A stretch of DNA of 63,339 nucleotides, the filler included, from Reticulomyxa filosa (Eukaryota > Protista > Foraminifera), in the NCBI GenBank assembly GCA_000512085.1. It is 15 parts of 15 records of this genome, joined end to end, with 100 filler letters (N's around TTAATTAATTAA, not from the genome) between each part and the next. Parts side by side here need not be neighbours in the genome. Positions count along the whole stretch, not along the records: positions 13,312 to 28,389 come from ASPP01006794.1; positions 28,490 to 29,660 come from ASPP01029441.1; positions 29,761 to 31,124 come from ASPP01028459.1; positions 31,225 to 32,669 come from ASPP01043536.1; positions 32,770 to 37,716 come from ASPP01011983.1; positions 37,817 to 45,742 come from ASPP01018215.1; 9 more parts are not named here. One strand, written 5' to 3'. A program made the translations under genes and the position numbers. How positions within the stretch are numbered: position 1 is the first letter of the stretch; each line of letters starts with the position of its first letter. The notes under the pieces are model-generated. The model did no database searches, was not told the DNA's origin, and saw only the letters and a list, made by a program, of their open reading frames with translations. Positions 25,659 to 37,844 of the stretch are shown in pieces.

Positions 25659-28223
25659 CTATCTGTTGATAGTGGTAGTATAGACAGAAGGCAAGTCAAT
25701 ACGTGTAGGAGTATTCGGTGGCCAATACATTTTGATTTTCAGGTCCTCCAAGATTTTCCGGACTCCAAAAATAATTTCACTATGTTGTTCCCAACGGGCT
25801 CTGCTATTAGCAAAGGAGAGCAAGCTGTCGATCCACAAACAGACGCGTGTTCTTCCCAGGGAATCAAGTTCATAAAAGATGATCCAAACATTGTCATTGG
25901 AGATTAAAGGAATGATATGTTTGATATATACCAAAAATAATTTTTGAAATCTTCCAATTGTTTATTGGTGGTTTCTTGTGAAACATAAAACTCGATATTG
26001 TGCGTTTCATTGCGACTTTTGGAAAAATTGAGCATTCCTTGCAAATAGTTCAATATCTGCGTATTCGACCAAACGGCTGGAGTGCCCCAACTCGTTTCAA
26101 AAAATGTGGACGTCAGACCCATCTTTTTCACAGTGTAGCGAATATTGTTCAAATAGATGACATCGCCAACGCTGAATGGTTGAATCAGATAGGTCAGTAT
26201 CACACCATTTACCACGCTCGTTAAAGCACTACTTCCGAATATCAATACCAACGCAATCAGCGAGGCATACATTGATATGGCCGTCGTTATATCGTAATGA
26301 AAGATTAATAAAAATACAAAGCAGCACACAAAAAATACCAACAAACTCACAATTGCCTCCAAATTTCCGAGAATATCTTGATATGAGTCATACTATGTTA
26401 TTTGCAATACTAATGTTACGTAAGCACACATACATATACATGTATATATATATATATATATATAATATTGTTAAAAAACTGTTTGTCTAGCATTGATCGT
26501 ATCATTTAAGAAATGAAACAATCGTCGATGCAAATTTACGAATGTGACTTTGCCCTTTTGTCCGCTATCAAATCTTCGAAACGCCCGATGGGCTTCGTAT
26601 CGCTTCCCATTTCCAAACATTTTCACAAAATCATTTTCGATCAAATATCCGCGAACACTCGGTTGTCCGTTTGATTCTATGCAAAACAAAAAAAATGGAC
26701 TGTTTTCTTTTCTATTCGACCAAATTGTGCCACTTTTTTTAATATGTTACGTACATTTTTTTTTTTTTTTTTTTACAAATGATATTGTCCAATGTGCATC
26801 AAACTCATAGGGGGAGGGAGAAAAAAAATGTAGCTCCCTTCTCTTTCATTCATGTGACGAACAAAACTTTTAGTGGCGGTTTTTTCCCAGACGGAATCTT
26901 CCATCAAAGCGGTCCTGGACAAGACGTGTCTCATAACGTACGCGGCCAGGACTTTGGAAATTTGCTTCAGCGATTTTTCGTCGACGATGATGACCTTGTT
27001 CTTGTTTGTGTCGTACGCCCACAGTGTCATGTGGTCCCGAATGAACAAAGGCTTGTTGTTTTGTTTGCCGATGGCGCGCACTTTTTTCCACAGAGGATCA
27101 ATGACCTCGCAATAATTGAACCATGTTTTCAAATAGGTGGTGGTTCCTTTGGCCTGACGATGGATCTTTGACCTTGAGACAAACTCATTGAGTGTCAGCG
27201 TGGCCCAATTGGGCTGCAAGTATTGCCGTCGCTTCGTCTTCAGCAGATGATAGAAACTGTTGTGACTCTGCTTGTAAATGCTGATTGTATCCGCGTCTTT
27301 CCTTGTCTGTGACTTTTCACGATTTTCGTATAAAGCGGAGATTTGCGGATGACCATGACCATGACCATGACTGTGACCATGACTGTGACCATGGTCGTGA
27401 GCATGACCATGACTGTGACCATGGTCATGAGCATGACCATGGACATAAGTATGATTATGATTGTTATTATCACTCAAATCAGTCGACGGAATTTCCAACA
27501 ATTTCGTGCTGTCCAATGTTGGCAATGGCCCCGACATGATCGACTTGTGTTTCGTCGAAGTGGGTGGTTCGGTTTGTCCATTGTTCGTTGGATCCTCTGT
27601 TTCTAACTCCACTTCCGTCTTTCGTTCTCTGTCCTCTTTTTCTTTTTGTCTTGTTTCTTGTTTTTGGTTTTGGTTTTTGTTTTCATTTTAGCTTTGGTCT
27701 TTTTCTTGTTTTTGTTGGATTGATTATCAGGCTCATTTCCATGGCTGCCTGTCTCTGAGTCGAGATGCTTGTTGTTATGGTTATGGCCGTGGCCTGGAGT
27801 GGGCTCGTCTACAGTATGTCGACGTTGAAATTTGAGTCCAAGAGTGTGCGTGACTTTGGACAACGTGGACGAGTGCTTCACTTCGTTGCTGTGATCGCGG
27901 CCATTGTCATCGTTGGCCGAAGGGGGAAGCGGATGTGCGGCCATATTCATGTGCGAGCTGTGGTCTAACGACCCGTGACTCTCGATGGCATCCATTTCGT
28001 CGCCAGGGGGTCTTATCGTCAGCCGCTGGAACGTGTCTGTCAACACCAAGTCGTTCCAATTGATGTTCAAACACAGAGAATACAAGTGGTCCACACGGTA
28101 CAACTTTTGCGCTTTTGGATGCGAGGGGAAGCTTATCAAAAAATCCATCACACTCGGGCTAAAGATTTTCTTTTCACCGAGCAGAAGCTTCAGCCACGAT
28201 TCATACGCATTTAATTTCTTCAC
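25659..28223 (-). CDS. Eukaryotic MscS-family mechanosensitive channel with EF-hand-like region and His-rich loop (5' partial; two apparent frameshifts)
   Basis: TM helices followed by QPFSVGDVIYLN...VKKMGLTST...SNTQIL...NFSKS; EF-like AFRRFDSGQKGKVTF. Frames break at ~27688 and ~25935. Confidence 0.85.
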
Positions 28224-28352
28224 ATTTTTTGTACATTTTTATAATATACATAAATACATATATATATTTTTTGGAAGAGAGTGTTTCTATATGCGATGTT
28301 CCGGTTCTTTTTTTTTTTTTTTTTTGAACCTCAGTTTTTTATCTTCTTTCCT

Positions 28353-28389
<37 letters not shown>

Positions 28390-29180
28390 NNNNNNNNNNN
28401 NNNNNNNNNNNNNNNNNNNNNNNNNNNNNNNNNTTAATTAATTAANNNNNNNNNNNNNNNNNNNNNNNNNNNNNNNNNNNNNNNNNNNNTCCAACGTTCG
28501 TAATTTCTGACTTATCTTTAACTTTTTTTTTTTTATTTTAAATTATTGAAAAAATTAGAATTTTTTTCATTGAAATCAAAAATTAGAACAATGCAGAATC
28601 ATAAAAGCGACAATGAAATGAAAAATTTAAATTGTAAATGTGGCAATCGATTTCGATTCGTCCCAATGTTTAATAAGTTAAAGTATGTGATGTGTTAATA
28701 CTGAAAAATCTCTTATCTGCCACTCTCTTGTTGAAAAAATTTTTTTTTGTACGCTGTTGTATTGTTAAAAAAAATAGCTTCAGTCATGAACTTGGATATC
28801 AAATAGATTATTATCCCTATTTGAATTCGCCATTTGATGATCCTTTTTCAAGTATTGTTCACAGTGGGCAAACAGTTTTTCCAAGACTGCACCACAAGCA
28901 TAATTCATAAAGTTTTTCTGTTGGAATAAATAAACATTGATGCTGTTATTATGGCTACGAAGCGCTAACTGGAAAAAAAGCTTGAAAACGTATAGCCGAA
29001 AAAAAAAGGGGAAGGGACAAGTGTTTGTAAATTTTTTTTGGATCAATGGGTTAGCCGTTTTGGCAAGTAATAAAAAATTTTCAAAAAATTCTTTTGGCTA
29101 GTAAAAAAATTAGCTGCATTTCAATTTTCATATTTCATGGTTTTTGGTACAATTGTCTAACCGAATTGAATTAATGTAGC

Positions 29181-29433
29181 AACGGCGTGGCTTAAAGGAA
29201 AAGCCCGCCATAAGTGTATGGTGTTATGGCCAATCTTTCCTAGAGTAAGCCCGCTGAGTTTACTTGGTGGTGCGTCAAAGATTTGCAAGATGAAGTTGCA
29301 TAGTCTTACAAATCTTTGCCATCGATACGGGCACACATAGATTTCATATTATGGATAGCAATATCTCTCATATGTGGTTTATGCGCAACCCTTTAGAAAA
29401 TGGAGAGATGCAGATTCGAGTCCTGTCATCGTT
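29181..29433 (+). ncRNA. tRNA-shaped putative Pol III RNA, or tRNA pseudogene, with a ~190-nt structured insert replacing the anticodon loop
   Basis: Acceptor stem AACGGCG/CATCGTT (6 of 7 pairs), D-arm GCTT-AAAGGAA-AAGC, anticodon stem CGCCA/TGGAG (4 of 5), variable region AGAT, T-arm GCAGA-TTCGAGT-CCTGT, and a TTTT run at the 3' end. A-box-like TGGCTTAAAGG and B-box-like GATTCGAGTCC. Confidence 0.6.
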
Positions 29434-29760
29434 TTAAATGTTCTGAATTTTAACATTATCATTGTGGTGCTATGTTCATTTTGTTAAAAAGATATTATTA
29501 TGCAAAATATGGATTCTAAAAAAGAGTTAGTCAATGGGATATGGAAAGTGTAAGTTGATATTAGAGTTGACAATATCAGAAAAAATAAAGTCACATTAAG
29601 TGGAAGAGTAACATATGGATAAACCACAATTTTTTTATTTGTTTTTTAATTATTTTTCCCNNNNNNNNNNNNNNNNNNNNNNNNNNNNNNNNNNNNNNNN
29701 NNNNTTAATTAATTAANNNNNNNNNNNNNNNNNNNNNNNNNNNNNNNNNNNNNNNNNNNN

Positions 29761-31124
29761 AGTGACATTACAAAGGAGGAGGTCATTGAGCCACTGAGAT
29801 ACAAATGCTTAAGAATGGTTGCAATGCAATGACTGATTCGTTGGTATTCCTATTTGGATGGAGTTTCCGAATGGAATATATGCCAATTGAATGGAAAAAG
29901 GCAAATATTGTCCTATTCCCAAGCCTGACAGAGATCATTGAGATTGACTGAAACAATCCACAAGTCATTCGATTGCAATTCAGTTACTTATGCAGTGTTG
30001 TTGGACATCTCTGCAGTGTTTGGAGAAATGGATTAAGATACAAAATGAGAAACGAATTTCAACTAGATGGAAGATTGTATTGGTGGATTGATAGCTTTTT
30101 ATCAGATCGGTTGTATTGAATGGAGTTCATCCAGAATGGATTGAATTCAATACTGGAGTCCCTCAAGGACTGCTTTATCCCTAATATTGTTATTATTGTA
30201 TATTAATGACCTACCGACAGTGGTTCATCAGCCTATTCAGTGTGGCATGTTTGCTGATGATGTGGCATTGTGGATATCAATATTTACAAGTGATGTAAAT
30301 GAGATGAGCAACCAACTAGGGTTATTACAACAAAGTCTGGATGAAGTATCCATTTGGTCCAATAAATGGAAGAATACGTTACAAAAAGTAACTAACAAAT
30401 AACATTCATACTTCAACATTGACAATAATTTTACTTTAAAATTTGTTTTGGTGAAAATAAACATTGCAACATTTTATACAATTCAAAATAATATCAATTT
30501 ACCAACAAAACATTTGTAATAATCACACATTCGCATTGTCCACCTTTGTGCAGCTCAGAGGGAATCTAAGGGTCCCTTTGGGACCACGCTCAGATTCTAT
30601 GAGACTTCAGCAAATGATGGTGTTATATGTTTCGAAGGTAAAATATCAATCAAATTAAAATGTAAAAAAATCAACAATATCAGTCACAAAGTTAAACCAA
30701 ACAATTGCAATCAAAATAAAATAAAACAAACATAAAATTTGTTGAAGCTTTCAGGGCCTTGCTCGGAGCCTTCGGCTTCTCGTTCAGCATCAGCATGTTA
30801 ATGAGATGCCTAGCCACGATGAGGGGAAGTATTTTGGCATTTCTGCCACTTCCTTTCGTTCTGGTATTTTTCTGCCACTTCCTTTCGTTCTGGTATTTAC
30901 CTCTATTGACTTTTAGTTAGTCAATGATGATGAAAGTGGATATTTTTTTTCTTTTATTGAGGCAATGAGACTTGCATTGGAATACGTTGGTAATCATTAC
31001 AGATCCCATTGTGGAAGAGTGATTATCCTGACTGATTGCAAGTTCGTTATCAATGCGATATTCAATAAATGGGATTCAGATATCTATAAAGTGCAAATTA
31101 TGGATTGTCTAAGATAATTTAATG
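29761..31124 (+). mobile_element. Decayed non-LTR retrotransposon (reverse transcriptase and RNase H remnants), interrupted by unrelated sequence at ~30390-30900
   Basis: MPIEWKKANIV, FNTGVPQG and LYINDLP...MFADDVALW (RT motifs); EAMRLAL...VIILTDCKFVINAI (RNase H-like). Multiple frameshifts and stops. Confidence 0.88.
30841..30898 (+). repeat. Exact 29-bp tandem duplication
   Basis: ttctgccacttcctttcgttctggtattt occurs at 30841-30869 and 30870-30898. Confidence 0.95.
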
Positions 31125-31989
31125 NNNNNNNNNNNNNNNNNNNNNNNNNNNNNNNNNNNNNNNNNNNNTTAATTAATTAANNNNNNNNNNNNNNNNNNNN
31201 NNNNNNNNNNNNNNNNNNNNNNNNTTTTTCTTATATTTTTCTTTTTTTTTCTTATATTTTTCTTTTTTCCCATTTTTATCTTTTTTTTCATTATTTTCCC
31301 TTTTTTATTTTTCTTTATTTATTTTATTTTTTTAAATTTCTTTTTCTATCCCTTTTCCCACCTTTTTAAAATATTTTTTCCCATTATTTTCCCCAAATTT
31401 ATTATCACCCATTTTCATTTTTTCCAATCTTTCTCCTTTGTCTTGATTCTTGAACGTCTGTAAAACAACAAACAACTTTTTTATTTTTTAAACAAAAAAA
31501 CGAACAAAAACAATACTTTTGCGAACGGAACATTGTTCCAATTTCCAATCCAATCCCTATTTTTCTTGTAGTATGATGCAATGCATCAAAAAAAAAAATT
31601 TGTGTATGAAAAGGGTGGAGGGGCAAACAAATACATTTTGTCATTGACGGGGGCATGCCTATTGATAAAGACAAACAAACAAAATTATATTTTTATAATA
31701 AGCAAAAACGTACACAAATGTACAAACCCTTATTTTTTTTTTTCCATGCGGGGTGGACTTCAACCCCTTATTTTTTCTTCATAGATTAGGGGAGGGTAAA
31801 ACTTTTCTTTTTTTTCTTCGATACTGGTGACGGCTGTTATAAAACAAATCATAATTTAATATATTTTAAAAAATAAATAAATAAATTCAAACCTTTTTAA
31901 CTCCTTTCGGAGACGGGGGGGGCCGTACCATTATATTTTCATTCGACGATTTTTGGAACTGGAGGAGGAACAGGCGCCATTTGTGGATG

Positions 31990-32669
31990 AACATTTGCTT
32001 TAAGTGCAACAGTCGTCCAACATAACCAGAGCACGTCAAATATTGTGACATTTCAAGAGGCCTTGTGTGTGCCATTATGTCTTTGCGCAACGCTTTGTCG
32101 TCTGCATGTTGTCGCAGGGGGATCAATGATATTCCATCGTCACTTCCTTCAAATACCAAAAAACGCAATGCCTCTTTGTCACACGATTTGTAATTTCGCA
32201 ACTTGTAATGTGACAAGCGTATTTTGACGTCTTTGAATTCGATGCTCATCAATGACTTCTGGTGATGCTTGGTCATACATCTCACCGAAGCGAGCCCACA
32301 CAAAGCGGACAACGGCGCAGAATCGTTCATTAAGGACGACGCGTCCACATTGATCAATCGCAAATCGATCGTATTGGTCCATTGTCGCTATCCTCCATTT
32401 GTGCCTAAAAAATAGAGCAAGCCATTAAAGTTCGTGTCTTGATTGTACATGAATGTGCGTTTGTTGCATTTGAGGCTGTCATCTTCTCTCGGTGCGTCGA
32501 TTCCCGATACAACTTTAACATAAATTTCGAATTCAGAACATGGCAAATAGTGATACGAGTTCAAATTGGGACCGAATTGGAACAATACAAATTTGCTAAA
32601 AGGTTGATTCTTCGCAACGTGATATGGGATTGTCCATGTATGTGTTGCAACCTTTCGATTCAACGACTG
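31990..32669 (-). pseudogene. Pseudogene of a protein with tandem HECTD1/BTB-associated galactose-binding-like domains
   Basis: NFNGLLYFLGTNGG*RQWTN...ALRFLVFEGSDDG...RQHADDKAL has an in-frame TAG at 32388-32390 and has lost conserved Trp residues. The tail of a preceding repeat (HTWTI...CSEFEIY) lies upstream. Confidence 0.65.
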
Positions 32670-32870
32670 NNNNNNNNNNNNNNNNNNNNNNNNNNNNNNN
32701 NNNNNNNNNNNNNTTAATTAATTAANNNNNNNNNNNNNNNNNNNNNNNNNNNNNNNNNNNNNNNNNNNNAAAAAAAAAAAAAAAAAAAAAAAAAAGGGGG
32801 AGAGTACTCGCAAACGTACATAAATATAAGGGTAATATTACATAACCAACAGCTATGTGATGAATATCAA

Positions 32871-34290
32871 ATGGAAGGCAACGAATATAAAATTGATATT
32901 TTTGACGTTTCTTTCACAAGTGATGAACAATGCTCCAGATCGTTTTCTCCGTATACGTCGTTTTCATTAGAACTGCCTTGCAAAAGGCGACGAATTATTT
33001 CCACTGCTGGTGTCAGTACGACGAACACAGTCTCTACAGTTGGGAGCGCAGAGACAAACATGTTGGCGGTGAGACGTCAGCTCGAGTATGAAGAGATGAG
33101 GGCGCAATGCCAAAAGGAACGGCGCCAAAATATCAATTATTTAAGACATTTAGATGAGTATGCGTTCTCTCATAGATACAAGCCAAAGTGGGCCGAAACG
33201 TCAAAAGAAAAGATACACTCCAGTCCATCGACCTGCGATGACCAAACTGTCGATTTGTTCTTGTATTACAAACAAAATATTCTTTCCACCACTATCCAAA
33301 GTACCACTTCTGCTTCAAAGGCCTTCAAAATTCAACACATGCAAAAGACTGCTCTTTATTTGTGTTTATTGCTCGTGGAAGTGAAAGGTAAAAAAAAAAA
33401 TGTTTTTAAAAAATTTTAAAAAAAAAAAAATGAAGGGATACAAAAACGATGGGATTGTATACGTAAATATAGAATCGCTAACCGGAAGTGACAATGAGTG
33501 CATTTACGAACTTTTGAATGAATTGTATTTGTGCTTGTCGCCATTGTTATGGTTCACAATTTGTCTTAAAAAGGTTGAAATGGACAACCCATCGGAATTG
33601 GAAGAAAACAGGGTTGATACGATTTTTAAGGAATTGCTTGCTTATCAGGCTCAAAAAAAGCACAATTTGCATATCCGTAAAAAAGATGTAGAACTATATG
33701 TTAAATTTACCTCACACATTCTTATTAATGTATTTGACTTGTTAAGAATCTTTTTATCCATTACTGTTGATAATGTTGATATTTTCAAAACTTGGCTGAA
33801 ACGAACAGAAAAAAACAACAAAAAACACATCCACACTTTTTTGAAATCCATGTTGGATGAATGCTTGCAATATTTTGACATTATTGCCACCAAACCTTTG
33901 TCATATCCAACAGATGAGAATGAATGTGACATTGATTATTTGGATTTGACACTTGAATATTCCCCACACACTTCTCATAACAGAGGTGACGACAAAGAAA
34001 AGCAACACAACAAAATTTTATTATTTAAAAAAAATTGTCACTATTGAAAGACTTGCTTTTTTAAATTTTGTTTTTTTTTTTCCTCCATTCCATAAACTTT
34101 GATTTTTGTGCTGATGATTGTGTATGTGTGAAATTGTATTATTCGACGTTGAATATGTTTCGCTGCTAAAAATCCTTTTTGTGTGTGAACAATTCTTGGA
34201 AACATTCAATTGACACTTAAACACTGCAAATTACTTACAAAATATGTATCAAAACCAATGGAAAGAATTTGGCTGAACGAGTTCAAGTAA
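32871..34290 (+). CDS. Hypothetical multi-exon protein (5' probably partial)
   Basis: Long coding-like ORFs 32871-33419 and 33400-34047 linked by an A/T-rich GT-AG intron (~33388-33435). No family recognised. Confidence 0.55.
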
Positions 34291-34566
34291 TAAATAAAGA
34301 GTAGAAAAAATTGCTTTAGAAAAAAATACCGGGGTACAGAGCTTGAAATTCTAAGGGCTAAGACAAATAAAAAAAAAAAAGGAAACACAAAAAGGATATA
34401 CATATTCGTAGTTACCAAAAAACTCACATAAAAAAACACACACAACGCCAAAAAAAAGGATCGCTAGAAGAATTGCTGTATCAATCATCCTTTAGTTGCT
34501 ATTTCAATGACAAACAAACAAAAAGAAAAGGGTGATTAAAACTGTGTACCTTTTTTTTTTTCCTCA

Positions 34567-35516
34567 TTAAAAATAAAATGTGTAAAAAAAAAAATAAATA
34601 ACTTCATATAAGATTTTGATTCTTTGAATGGGATCTTGCAGTTTGAATAAATCACAAGATGCACTCTGGCTGTTTCGAGTGCAAAGAGAAAATAAGGCAG
34701 AGACGAATAAAGAATATTGAGACAAGTTATTTTTTTCGTGATTCAAAGGATCGTAGACCAAATGAACACGTGAGCCAATTTGATCTTCCAAAGCATTGAC
34801 AGTGAGTCGTGAAGATTGATAGATTTGATTTACAAACTGCTCCAACGTAGTAATCCATTTCATTTCCAATTGACAAGGAGGATGTTTATTTGAATTCTTT
34901 TCTGTTTCTTTTTGTTTGTCGGTTTGAGAAGAACAAGTCATAGTATTACCAATACGATCCAAGTACTCTTCATACTGTACATACCATAGTCCTTGTGTGC
35001 CATTTTCAGTCCAGCAATCTTTAAATTGAATGCGTTGTGTTCCAACTGCTCGCAATAAGCAGCGTCCATCAGGCAGAAACTCACACTCTTCAACAAACAC
35101 TAACAATCCAATATCGCCAACCTTCGGCTCATAGCCTTCTCCTCGATGCATTTTTGCCACATATGCAAAATGACGATCCGCTGATATCACTCTTCGCAAC
35201 ACCCATATACATATAACATATACATATACATATGAATGCATATGCGCATATACATGTATATATATTACCATATGCATATGTATCTGTTGTGCGTATGAAT
35301 TGAGTAAAATTGGATTAAAAAGGAGGAGAGGGGGAAGGGGGAAAAAAAAAAACCTGTTAATCAAATGCAAGTATCGCGGTTCAAACAAGTGTAAACTCAA
35401 AAATTGTCCAGGAAATAGCAATTGATTCAAAATAAATACTGGAGTTGTTTTTTTCAATTTTTTTTTTTCTTTTTCCATGTCACATTGTCTTTCTTTGTAT
35501 TCCTGTTGACACATTT

Positions 35517-35554
<38 letters not shown>

Positions 35555-36270
35555 ACAGTGAGTGATACAAGAACGTAACACTAGGGAAGATTGATTTCGT
35601 CAAAAAGGACAAGTGCACATTTTCGGAATGCGTGTTCGGATTTACGTGACATACAGCCCTACAATGAGGACACTTCTTCGCGCATTTTTGCATGGAGTAG
35701 ATTAAACAGCAACGACAAAATGTATGGCCTTGTATACGTACGTGTGGCAACATATAATTGCATTACATATATACATACATATACATATATGTATAAATAT
35801 ACGGTATATACGTATACACATATATACATATATGCGTATATGTATATGCATACCACATGGCAACGTGATAGGCTCCACCAACAGCGATAAACACAAAGAA
35901 CATTGCAACCACTCCGACAGGTTTGAAGTCAAAGAAGCGAGCGACTCATGACTCTCTTGCTTTTCCTCTTTTTGAATGGTCGAAATGTCACCCTTTTGCG
36001 CTTCTTTTACTTCCATGTCTTGCTTCGCCTTCTGGTTGTTGCTCTCACTTTTCGTTGGGACTTTCGTCAACAGCTCTTTATACAATTGCTGCAATGCACG
36101 ATTCGCCGTTGTCCATTGCTCGTCGCCATTGCACATTTCTTCCACTGTCTCTAAACTGTACTTCTTCCATATCCGCTTGCACTTTAACATTTCTACGTCG
36201 TCCATCTCTTCGTTTTTCTCTCCTGTCCTCGTGACCTTTTCTTCCTCACTCTTCGGGTCGCGTCCATCTT
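34567..36270 (-). CDS. LON peptidase N-terminal domain and RING finger protein (LONRF-like)
   Basis: RING WLQCSLCLSLLVEPITLPC|GHTFCRCCL...CPHCR; LON-N domain PVFILNQLLFPGQFLSLHLFEPRY...LPDGR. TA-repeat introns. Confidence 0.88.
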
Positions 36271-36945
36271 CCGACTTTGTGCTGTTTTTTTATTTTGAGG
36301 GGGGAGGGAGGGGGGGGGAAGAGCCTTCGTTCTCTGTTTGGACAGTTCTCAATTGCCCTTTTTCCCACTTGCTTCAAAAAGTACACCCAAACAATCATTG
36401 CTCTTACCAAAATGACGTCATTTTTTTGATTTTAACGCTGGAGGGCTTTCACAGATAGCGACAATATTTCTCTTTTCCCAAAGGGGATGCAAAGCAAAGT
36501 TTTTTTTTTGGAATGTCCTTGGTATTTTAGTTTGCCACGTGTGCACAGTTAATCGTTTCCTTCAATGTCAATATTTTTGGACTTGCAAAAATGTAGTTCC
36601 TCATAGCACAACAAAACTGAGCAAAAAATATATATATACATAAATGCACGATACGAACACATTGTGTATTCACATACGAACAAAAGATTGACAAAGAAAT
36701 TTGTTTCCAAGTCAACAAAAAAAAAAAAGTTGTTAAGAATGAATGCCACATGCTATACAAAACAAAGATTTATTTTGGTCTTCTAGTAGTCAAAAGTATA
36801 CTATTAGTTTGCACGGCGGAAAAAATAAATTTTATTTAACCTCTTTTTTTTAGACATGACAAACCAAAGACAAAAAAAAAAATTGACACCAAAGTAGGTA
36901 GGACAAAAATTAAAAAAACACATGATGACCAACATGTGGGATTAT

Positions 36946-37620
36946 TCATAGAGTGGAAACGCCAGGCAAGTCCAAATAAAAGTGCAAGATATTCAAAGCC
37001 CTTGCGGGAGTGGTGGTGGGAACCATGTGTCCAGAAGAGCGGACAGTGTAGTAGTGGACAGTGACTTTGGACTTGGCAGGCTGTTCAGTGGTGAGAGTGA
37101 TCGGCAACTCGATAGGCAATTTGAGTTTGGGCAGAGTTGGCAATTGAACATAGCTGGTATAATAACCGCCGACTTGAGTGGTGTCATCTTCCCAGACCTG
37201 CCATTCGACGAGTGTGCTCCAGCCCATTTTGTTAAGCCAAAATTGCGTGCCTTGTGTGGAGCAAACGGAATCATCGTCGCCCGAATAGATCAAAATGGAA
37301 ATATCGTAGTCGTCCACCAAAGACTGATAGGTTTGCTGCATTCCAGTCAACCAGTCCTCATCGGGCCAATCGTGGAACACGTCGTTGTTGCATTCCTGCC
37401 ATTCCACAGGCTCCCCGTCGTCGGACTGCTTCACGTGCAACGCCCTCTGCACGACAGGCTGGTTCAAGTAGTCGCTCAAGTAGACATCCACACAGGGCCA
37501 GTATGGCGTGGAGTCGTCGTCCAACGAGTGCTTGTGCAACAGCTTCTTGTAGCGCGTCTCTTCATTGGCATTCACGTGTTTGCCTGATAAAAGCTTTTCC
37601 ACTTTTTTCGTTATCATTCC
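36946..37620 (-). CDS. Serine carboxypeptidase (peptidase S10), C-terminal part
   Basis: YLNQPVVQRALHV, ILIYSGDDDSVC (catalytic Asp region), QVGGY, TVRSSGHMVP (catalytic His). Confidence 0.92.
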   Translation of the reverse strand, partial: GMITKKVEKLLSGKHVNANEETRYKKLLHKHSLDDDSTPYWPCVDVYLSDYLNQPVVQRALHVKQSDDGEPVEWQECNNDVFHDWPDEDWLTGMQQTYQSLVDDYDISILIYSGDDDSVCSTQGTQFWLNKMGWSTLVEWQVWEDDTTQVGGYYTSYVQLPTLPKLKLPIELPITLTTEQPAKSKVTVHYYTVRSSGHMVPTTTPARALNILHFYLDLPGVSTL

Positions 37621-37844
37621 AGAGTGCATTCGTCCTGCCATTTTATTTTTTCTAAACATATACATATACATTACATATATATATATATATAATATGCATA
37701 TATATATATATATGTANNNNNNNNNNNNNNNNNNNNNNNNNNNNNNNNNNNNNNNNNNNNTTAATTAATTAANNNNNNNNNNNNNNNNNNNNNNNNNNNN
37801 NNNNNNNNNNNNNNNNTTTCATTTTACATTCATTAAAATTTTTT

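Noticed and set aside
29211-29400. Group I intron in the tRNA-like element (the G|AAAA-stem 3' junction resembles tRNA-Leu(UAA) introns)
   Set aside because: I could not find the P7/R-S core motifs, the 5' exon would not give a valid anticodon loop, and there is no long Leu variable arm.
30781-30840. HDV-like ribozyme on the minus strand (CCCTCATCGTGG resembles P3/L3)
   Set aside because: P3 is mismatched and the P1.1 GG and P4 elements are not evident.
32388-32390. In-frame TAG as evidence of stop-codon reassignment
   Set aside because: The surrounding domain is decayed, and intact genes end in TAA (PNPO, APE), TGA (carboxypeptidase) and TAG (CEP135-like).
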